Assembly (NCBI GenBank): GCA_039024555.1
Contig: JBCCQQ010000018.1
Location: 37,921 to 101,920, forward strand
Length of the DNA stretch: 64,000 bases
Reading direction: 5' to 3'
Source: Cyanobacteria bacterium P01_D01_bin.156
GTDB taxonomy: Bacteria; Cyanobacteriota; Cyanobacteriia; Phormidesmidales; Phormidesmidaceae
The notes below the pieces were generated by a model. That model worked only from the letters and a program-made list of their open reading frames with translations. It searched no databases and was not told the origin of the DNA. Of the stretch, positions 58,110 through 64,000 are shown in pieces (positions within the stretch are counted from its first letter, which is position 1; the number at the start of each line of letters is the position of its first letter). A program made the translations under genes and the position numbers.

Positions 58110-60353
58110 ATGATGCAGCTAAAAAATCTTTGGTGGCAGTGGCGTGGTGTTGTCGTTGCGGCACCAACAATGACCCTGATTATGGTGTTGTTGCGTGCCT
58201 TTGGATTACTACAGCCACTGGAGTGGCGGGCCTACGATCAGTATCTGCAGTGGCGACCTGAAACAACAGATTCTCGCATTGCCATTGTGGGGATTGATGA
58301 AGAAGATATTCGACAACAGGGCCAACCAGTGTTTGCGGATGCCGTATATGCCGAAGTGATTTCTAAGCTAGCGGCACAGGAACCACGGGCTATTGGTCTA
58401 GATATTATTCGAGATGTGCCGGTAGAACCGGGTAATGCCGAGTTAGAAACCGTATTTCGCAGTACACCCAATTTAGTAGGTGCGCGGATTATCCTTGGGG
58501 ATAGTGCCGAGCGAGACTTTATTGATGCACCACCAGTGCTGGCAGAACTGGGTCAGGTGGGCATTAACGATGGCATTGTGGACAACGACAATACCATTCG
58601 TCGGGGCTTGCTCATGGTCACTACCCCCGAAGGTGACCAGGCTCCTAGTTTCCCGCTATATCTTGCCTTGCTATACCTTGATGCAGAAGGAATTGGTCCA
58701 GAACCCGTGGGCAAAGACGACTGGTGGCAGCTGAATGGTTCTGTTTTTCGACCCTTAGCTCAAAATGACGGTGGCTACGTGCGGGCCGATGCTCGGGGAT
58801 ATCAAACCCTGATTAACTATCGCGGTGGCAGCGAACAAATTGAGACAGTGCCCCTGAGGGCAATACTCAATGATGAGCTACCGGAAGATTGGGCGAAGGA
58901 CCGGGTAATTTTGATTGGGGCGGTGGCTGAAAGTCTCAAGGATCGGTTTTTTGTCCCCCACAGCAGTAAAATGCTGGCCCTGCCTAGGTCCATGGCTGGT
59001 GTAGAAATTCATGCCAACCTGACTAGTCAAATTATTAGTGCGGCCCTGGATGGACGCACCCTGATTCACTCCTGGTCAGAACCTGCGGAAATTGTTTGGA
59101 TTTTTCTCTGGGCATTATTAGGGTCAACCATTACCTGGCTACAGCGGAATCCAGGCAAAGATACGTTCCTGAGGCAAATTATTTTTCTCTCCACGCTGTC
59201 CTTGGTATTAGTCGCGGCTACCTATGGGTTGCTGTTGGTGGGATGGTGGGTGCCTGTAATTCCTGCGCTGATGGCGCTAATGGGTTCATCTGCTGGGGTG
59301 AATACCTATTTAGCTCACAGCGCTAGCCAAATTCGTCGTACCTTTAGCCGCTACTTGAGCGATCAGGTTGTTGCGAACTTGTTGGAAAATCCTGAAAATC
59401 TCAGGCTGGGTGGAGAAACTCGTCGCATTACCATTCTCACCTCTGACCTGCGGGGCTTTACGGCCCTCTCAGAAGAACTCCAGCCAGAGCAGGTGGTGGA
59501 GATTTTAAATTTGTATTTGGGCTACATGTCCGATGTGATCAATGAGTATGGAGGCATCATTGATGAATTTATGGGGGACGGCATTCTGGTGATTTTTGGT
59601 GCACCGGCTATGCGCACCAATGATAACCATGCGGACCGAGCTGTGGCTTGTGCGATCGCAATGCAACAGGCCATGACAGCCGTAAATACCGCCATGAAGG
59701 CCAAAGGATTTCCACCGCAGGAAATGGGTATTGGTATTAATACCGGTCGTGTGGTTGTGGGTAATATCGGCTCCGAAAAACGCACCAAGTACAGCGTGAT
59801 TGGCGGAGCTGTTAATCTGGCCTTTCGCATTGAGTCCTATACCACGGGTGGTCAGATCTTTATTTCTGAAGATACCCACCAAGAGATTGCCACCATGAAT
59901 CGCCACCGTCTCGGCATTCAGAGCAAAGTGGACGTGTATCCCAAAGGTATTAAGCGCCCTATTACCATCTACGATGTCACCAGCATGGATGGCGACAAAT
60001 ATGAGTTAGCGCTTACCTTAGAGGACTCTTCCTTGAAACCCCTATCTCAGGCCATTCCTGTAGAATATGTCGCTTTAGACGGAAAACAAGTCGGTGCTCA
60101 GCACTGTGTGGGGACTCTTCACAAACTCTCTACTAAAACAGCCTTGCTGACCATCGAAGGAGACGACCCCCTCAACGTACTGACCAATATTAAGCTAATG
60201 GTTCGAGCCCAGTCAGCTCCAGAAGAGGTTCGTGAAGCAGATATTTATGCCAAGGTCCAGAAGCAGGGAGATAGTAAGCAAGACTATGTGATTACGTTTA
60301 CTGCTCGCCCGTCTGTTGTGATCACATGGCTCAATCAACAGGTGTCGTCGTAG
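58110..60353 (+). CDS. CHASE2-domain class III nucleotide cyclase (Cya2-like)
   Basis: CHASE2 (IVGIDE, IGLDIIRD, GVEIHAN), 3 TM helices, cyclase motifs SDLRGFT, DEFMGDG, GNIGSEKR, NLAFRIE. Confidence 0.9.
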   Translation: MMQLKNLWWQWRGVVVAAPTMTLIMVLLRAFGLLQPLEWRAYDQYLQWRPETTDSRIAIVGIDEEDIRQQGQPVFADAVYAEVISKLAAQEPRAIGLDIIRDVPVEPGNAELETVFRSTPNLVGARIILGDSAERDFIDAPPVLAELGQVGINDGIVDNDNTIRRGLLMVTTPEGDQAPSFPLYLALLYLDAEGIGPEPVGKDDWWQLNGSVFRPLAQNDGGYVRADARGYQTLINYRGGSEQIETVPLRAILNDELPEDWAKDRVILIGAVAESLKDRFFVPHSSKMLALPRSMAGVEIHANLTSQIISAALDGRTLIHSWSEPAEIVWIFLWALLGSTITWLQRNPGKDTFLRQIIFLSTLSLVLVAATYGLLLVGWWVPVIPALMALMGSSAGVNTYLAHSASQIRRTFSRYLSDQVVANLLENPENLRLGGETRRITILTSDLRGFTALSEELQPEQVVEILNLYLGYMSDVINEYGGIIDEFMGDGILVIFGAPAMRTNDNHADRAVACAIAMQQAMTAVNTAMKAKGFPPQEMGIGINTGRVVVGNIGSEKRTKYSVIGGAVNLAFRIESYTTGGQIFISEDTHQEIATMNRHRLGIQSKVDVYPKGIKRPITIYDVTSMDGDKYELALTLEDSSLKPLSQAIPVEYVALDGKQVGAQHCVGTLHKLSTKTALLTIEGDDPLNVLTNIKLMVRAQSAPEEVREADIYAKVQKQGDSKQDYVITFTARPSVVITWLNQQVSS

Positions 60354-60393
60354 TAGTAGGGATGAACGGCCGTTCATCCCTACTACTACGACG
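60346..60393. repeat. Perfect 48-bp palindrome containing a GTAG-type REP; also probable terminator
   Basis: CGTCGTAGTAGTAGGGATGAACGG|CCGTTCATCCCTACTACTACGACG overlapping the cyclase stop codon. Confidence 0.8.
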
Positions 60394-60407
60394 GACGATT
60401 ACGAATA

Positions 60408-60860
60408 TTAAATACCCTTCAACACACCCAACGCTTCGTCAATGTGCTTCTTGGGGTTGAACTGCGAATTAAACATGTGGCGCACAGTACCCTCTTTATC
60501 GATCACATAGGTCACTCGACCGGGTAACAAACCCAGTGTTGCCGGCACTCCATACTGTTTACGCACTGAAGAATTGGTATCGCTAACCAAGGTGAACGGC
60601 AGACTGTATTTGCTGGCAAACTTCTGGTGAGAATCGGTGGAATCGCTGCTAATACCGATGACCTCAGCACCGACGTCCTGAAAATCCTGGAAGCGATCGC
60701 GAAATGTGCAAGATTCGGTTGTGCAACCCGGGGTATCATCCTTGGGGTAAAAGTACAGCACCACTGCCTTTTGACCTTGAAAACTCGATAGCGTAATCGA
60801 CTCCCCTGTTTGAGCCTGCAGGGTAAAATCCGGAGCCTTGTCACCCACTTTAATCGCCAT
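60408..60860 (-). CDS. bcp: Peroxiredoxin Q / BCP
   Basis: YFYPKDDTPGCTTESC peroxidatic motif, GRVTYVID. Confidence 0.92.
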   Translation of the reverse strand: MAIKVGDKAPDFTLQAQTGESITLSSFQGQKAVVLYFYPKDDTPGCTTESCTFRDRFQDFQDVGAEVIGISSDSTDSHQKFASKYSLPFTLVSDTNSSVRKQYGVPATLGLLPGRVTYVIDKEGTVRHMFNSQFNPKKHIDEALGVLKGI

Positions 60861-61037
60861 CGGTCGTTTTCCTTCCTTTTATGAGTTTGGACATCTAGAG
60901 CTGCTGTTCCTTAACGAGCCTGGGTTTAGGCAGGCTTACCTCGTCAATCGACAGCAACTTTGCTAACTTTTATTAAGCATACTGCTTCGGTAGAAAAAAC
61001 GACGTTCTAGTCAACACACCCACCCTTAATTTTGTCC

Positions 61038-62495
61038 ATGCGCATTTTGCTCTGGTTTCGTAATGACCTCCGCCTCCACGATCATGAACCCCTGTACCGT
61101 GCCCTAGAGCAAAAAGCAGAGATTATTCCCGTCTACTGTTTTGACCCACGGCAGTTTGGCAAAACTAGCTTTGGCTTTCCAAAGACTGGAGCCTACCGCG
61201 CTCAGTTTTTGTTAGAAAGCGTGGCAGATCTGCGGGCTTCTTTCCAGGCAAAAGGCTCCGATTTGGTCGTGCGTCATGGTAAACCTGAGGAAGAAATTCC
61301 GGTCATTGCTAAAGCCCTACAGGTAGATGCTGTCTACTGGCACGAGGAAGTTACCAGCGAAGAGCTAACCGTCGATGCGGCGTTAGAAAAGCAGCTAGCC
61401 CAGCTAAAAATTGGCTATGAAGTTTACTGGGCAGCCACCCTCTACCACCCAGATGATTTACCCTTTGAGGTGTCCCAACTCCCCAAGGTATTCACTTCCT
61501 TTCGGAAAAAGGTTGAAAAAAGTAGCTCGGTGTACCCGACATTTAAAGCTCCAAAACAGCTGCCCTCGTTGCCAGAATTTGAGCGTGGTGAGTTGCCTAC
61601 TCTAGGTGATTTAGGTCTAGAAGCTCAAACCCCTGATGCACGGGGTGTGCTGGTGTTTAAAGGGGGGGGAACAGAAGCCCTCCAGCGGCTGCAGCATTAC
61701 TTTTGGGATGTGGATAAGCTGCGGGTGTACAAGCAAACCCGCAACGGCATGTTAGGGGCAAACTATTCGTCTAAATTTTCTCCTTGGTTAGCGTTAGGTT
61801 GTTTGTCGCCGCGTAAAATTTATGAAGAAGTAGGCGACTATGAACAAAAGCGAGTAAAGAATGATTCTACCTACTGGCTAGTGTTTGAGCTGTTGTGGAG
61901 AGACTTTTTTCGGTTTATCTGTGCCAAGCATGGGGATACGGTGTTTTACCCAACCGGGCTACGGGGCCTAAAGGTAGCTTGGAAAGAAGACTGGAAGCGA
62001 TTTGAGCTGTGGACCCGTGGAGAGACCGGGTATCCATTGGTGGATGCCAACATGCGAGAACTTGCCGCAACCGGCTTTATGTCTAACCGGGGACGACAGA
62101 ATGTGGCTAGCTTTTTGACCAAAAATCTTGGTATTGATTGGCGAATGGGGGCAGAATGGTTCGAGTCGTTGCTGGTGGACTACGATGTGTGCAGCAACTG
62201 GGGCAACTGGAACTATACGGCTGGCGTAGGCAATGATGCGCGTGGGTTTCGGTACTTTAATATTCCAAAGCAGTCGAAGGATTATGATCCGGATGGGGAC
62301 TATGTAAAACACTGGCTGCCTGAGCTACAAAAAGTGCCCCGACGGAAGATCCATAGTCCTTGGAAGCTGGATAAAGAAGAACAAAAGCGTTGCAATGTCA
62401 CCATTGGTGTAGATTATCCGAATCCGGTGGTGGATTTGGATAAGTCGGTACGTACCAACGAGGCGATTTATAACGCAGCAGTGGAGATTCGATAA
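61038..62495 (+). CDS. Cryptochrome DASH
   Basis: WFRNDLRLHDH, YKQTRNGMLG..YSSKFSPWLA, GFMSNRGRQNVAS, DYDVCSNWGNW. Confidence 0.93.
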   Translation: MRILLWFRNDLRLHDHEPLYRALEQKAEIIPVYCFDPRQFGKTSFGFPKTGAYRAQFLLESVADLRASFQAKGSDLVVRHGKPEEEIPVIAKALQVDAVYWHEEVTSEELTVDAALEKQLAQLKIGYEVYWAATLYHPDDLPFEVSQLPKVFTSFRKKVEKSSSVYPTFKAPKQLPSLPEFERGELPTLGDLGLEAQTPDARGVLVFKGGGTEALQRLQHYFWDVDKLRVYKQTRNGMLGANYSSKFSPWLALGCLSPRKIYEEVGDYEQKRVKNDSTYWLVFELLWRDFFRFICAKHGDTVFYPTGLRGLKVAWKEDWKRFELWTRGETGYPLVDANMRELAATGFMSNRGRQNVASFLTKNLGIDWRMGAEWFESLLVDYDVCSNWGNWNYTAGVGNDARGFRYFNIPKQSKDYDPDGDYVKHWLPELQKVPRRKIHSPWKLDKEEQKRCNVTIGVDYPNPVVDLDKSVRTNEAIYNAAVEIR

Positions 62496-62496
62496 A

Positions 62497-62538
62497 AAGT
62501 GAAGGGAAGATAGACATGACCTATCCTCCCTTCACTTG
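62497..62538. terminator. Hairpin downstream of CRY-DASH
   Basis: AAGTGAAGGGAAGATAG ... CTATCCTCCCTTCACTT imperfect stem. Confidence 0.65.
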
Positions 62539-62589
62539 TGTGTACTACTAGCGGCTGCCGCCACCAGGAGTGCGGATAACGGCTGTACC

Positions 62590-64000
62590 TAGGGTTTGCT
62601 GTTAAAGTCAGGCACCCAGATTTTGCAAGGGTTTCAATCTATTGCGACGTGCTTAAGTGCACGGGAAACTAGCTAAAATGCTCACAACCCTTGCACCTAC
62701 TTCGGGAAATGTACCGACAACCTTCTCCCGGCCAGCTATCGTTCCAAGATTTTTATTTGCCGTTTGGGGGCCAGTTATCGTCGGAGAATCGTTGGGTCAA
62801 ACTAGCCGAGATGATCCCATGGGACGAGTTTGAATCGATCTACGCTAGCCAGTTTAGCGAGGATATGGGAGCGCCCGCGAAAGGATTTCGAATAGCGTTG
62901 GGAGCCTTGATTATCAAAGAGAAATTGGGAGTTAGCGACCGAGAGACGATAGACCAAATACGCGAGAACCCGTATCTGCAATATTTTCTAGGGCTTCATG
63001 AGTACAGTGATAAGCCCCCCTTTGATGCGTCAATGCTGGTCCATTTTCGCAAACGAATCAGTTTGGACCTGGTATCAAGGGTTAATGAGTCGGTGGTTCA
63101 ATCAGGCATGCCCCCCTCCCCACCCGTCTCGCCCCCGTCAGAGGAGACTGCATCCGAGCGTGATGACGATGACTCAGAGCCACCAGACCCAGGCAATCAG
63201 GGGCAGTTGATTGTGGATGCCAGTTGTGCGCCTGCCGATATTCGCTATCCGACCGACCTGGATTTGCTCAATGAGGCCAGGGAACACAGTGAACGTCTCA
63301 TTGATGAGTTGTATCAACAAGTGGCAGGATGTCTTCCTAAGAAGCCTCGAACGTATCGTCACACCGCTCGTAGAGACTTTCTCAGGATTGTGAAACGGCG
63401 CAAAAAGCCCCGCAAAGTGATCCGCAAGGGTCTGCGACAACAGCTCAACTATGTGCGCCGAAATCTGGGGCACATTGATCGGTTAATCGAGGCAGGAGCC
63501 ACGCTTGCGGTGCTGAATTCACGAGAGTACAAGACGCTGTTGGTGATTCATGAAGTCTATCGACAACAACAGCACATGTACGCCCACAAGCAGCGGCGGA
63601 TCGATAACCGTATTGTGAGTATTTCACAGCCCCATGTGCGTCCGATTGTGCGAGGTAAAGCGGGCACACCGGTCGAATTTGGGGCCAAATTCGATATCAG
63701 TTGTGTGGCAGGCTATGTGTTCCTCGACCATCTCAGTTGGGATACCTTCAATGAATCCACACACTTGATTACTCAGATAGAACGGTTTCGAACTCGCACC
63801 GGACACTATCCGGCCTCAGTTCATGCCGACCAGATTTATCGAACACGCGATAATTTGAAGTGGTGTAAACAGCATGGTATCCGTCTGAGTGGACCGCCTT
63901 TAGGTCGACCGTCTCTTGATGAGGCTCAACAAGCACTCCTCCGACAACAAGCCCGAGACGATGAGAGTATTCGGGTCGCTGTCGAAGGTAAGTTCGGCCA
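62590..64000 (+). mobile_element. IS5-family insertion sequence (left part; right end outside window)
   Basis: Transposase ORF; probable left end GGGTTTGCTGTTAAAGTC immediately after a CTAG; exact boundary uncertain by a few nt. Confidence 0.8.
62709..64000 (+). CDS. IS5-family DDE transposase (partial, open to the window edge; not in the ORF track)
   Basis: MYRQPSPGQLSFQDFYLPFGG...NRWVKLA..IPW, ENPYLQYFLG, LIVDASCAPADIRYPTD, RGKAGTPVEFGAK, ADQIY, VEGKFG. Confidence 0.93.
   Translation, partial: MYRQPSPGQLSFQDFYLPFGGQLSSENRWVKLAEMIPWDEFESIYASQFSEDMGAPAKGFRIALGALIIKEKLGVSDRETIDQIRENPYLQYFLGLHEYSDKPPFDASMLVHFRKRISLDLVSRVNESVVQSGMPPSPPVSPPSEETASERDDDDSEPPDPGNQGQLIVDASCAPADIRYPTDLDLLNEAREHSERLIDELYQQVAGCLPKKPRTYRHTARRDFLRIVKRRKKPRKVIRKGLRQQLNYVRRNLGHIDRLIEAGATLAVLNSREYKTLLVIHEVYRQQQHMYAHKQRRIDNRIVSISQPHVRPIVRGKAGTPVEFGAKFDISCVAGYVFLDHLSWDTFNESTHLITQIERFRTRTGHYPASVHADQIYRTRDNLKWCKQHGIRLSGPPLGRPSLDEAQQALLRQQARDDESIRVAVEGKFG

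Larger units (their letters stand above)
372..60700. repeat. HIP1 octamers (GCGATCGC) dispersed across the window
   Basis: More than 25 copies counted by eye (e.g. 372, 17842, 33917, 41441, 59652); none seen in the IS part. Confidence 0.9.

Noticed and set aside
333..63806. Many 60-140 aa ORFs overlapping identified genes (e.g. 4139-4558, 21301-21657, 34198-34563, 59505-59906, 62998-63806)
   Set aside because: Antisense or off-frame shadows of well-supported genes, with no recognisable motifs.
1..64000. CRISPR array, prophage, integron, toxin-antitoxin or anti-phage defence island
   Set aside because: No regularly spaced direct repeats and no cas, integrase, phage structural or recognisable defence genes; gene content is core chromosome.
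62709..64000. Frameshifted or pseudogenised transposase (absent from the ORF track)
   Set aside because: Manual translation stays open to the window edge; it is missing from the track only because its stop lies outside the window.

Overview
A 64-kb, gene-dense stretch of core chromosome from a cyanobacterium. Evidence: more than 25 HIP1 octamers (GCGATCGC), psbZ, cyanophycin genes and cyanobacterial LexA boxes; the gene content suggests a filamentous Leptolyngbya-like lineage, which is inference. It carries mostly housekeeping genes: anmK, a Ser/Thr kinase-USP-PphA-ABC1 kinase cluster, a tRNA nucleotidyltransferase, psbZ-ribH-tRNA-Gly, surE/pheS/msrA, lexA, sigA, thyX, ugd and a UDP-glucuronate decarboxylase, tsaE with 6S RNA, ppx, cysH, lnt, two RluA pseudouridine synthases, aspA, cphB-cphA, trm1, clpS, a DUF928/CHASE2 nucleotide cyclase pair, PrxQ and CRY-DASH. 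An IS5-family element runs off the right end. I saw no CRISPR array, prophage or defence island. The most unusual observations are: (1) a riboswitch/attenuator-like structured leader ahead of a small membrane TPR gene that I cannot assign to a known family; (2) a single open frame joining an RluA pseudouridine synthase to aspartate ammonia-lyase; (3) an A-adding-type nucleotidyltransferase with a decayed, shortened DHH module; (4) a Cya2-like cyclase with guanylyl-type specificity residues; (5) tandem NtcA boxes and tandem LexA boxes; (6) GTAG-type REP-like palindromes. All family assignments come from motif recognition by eye, not database searches.
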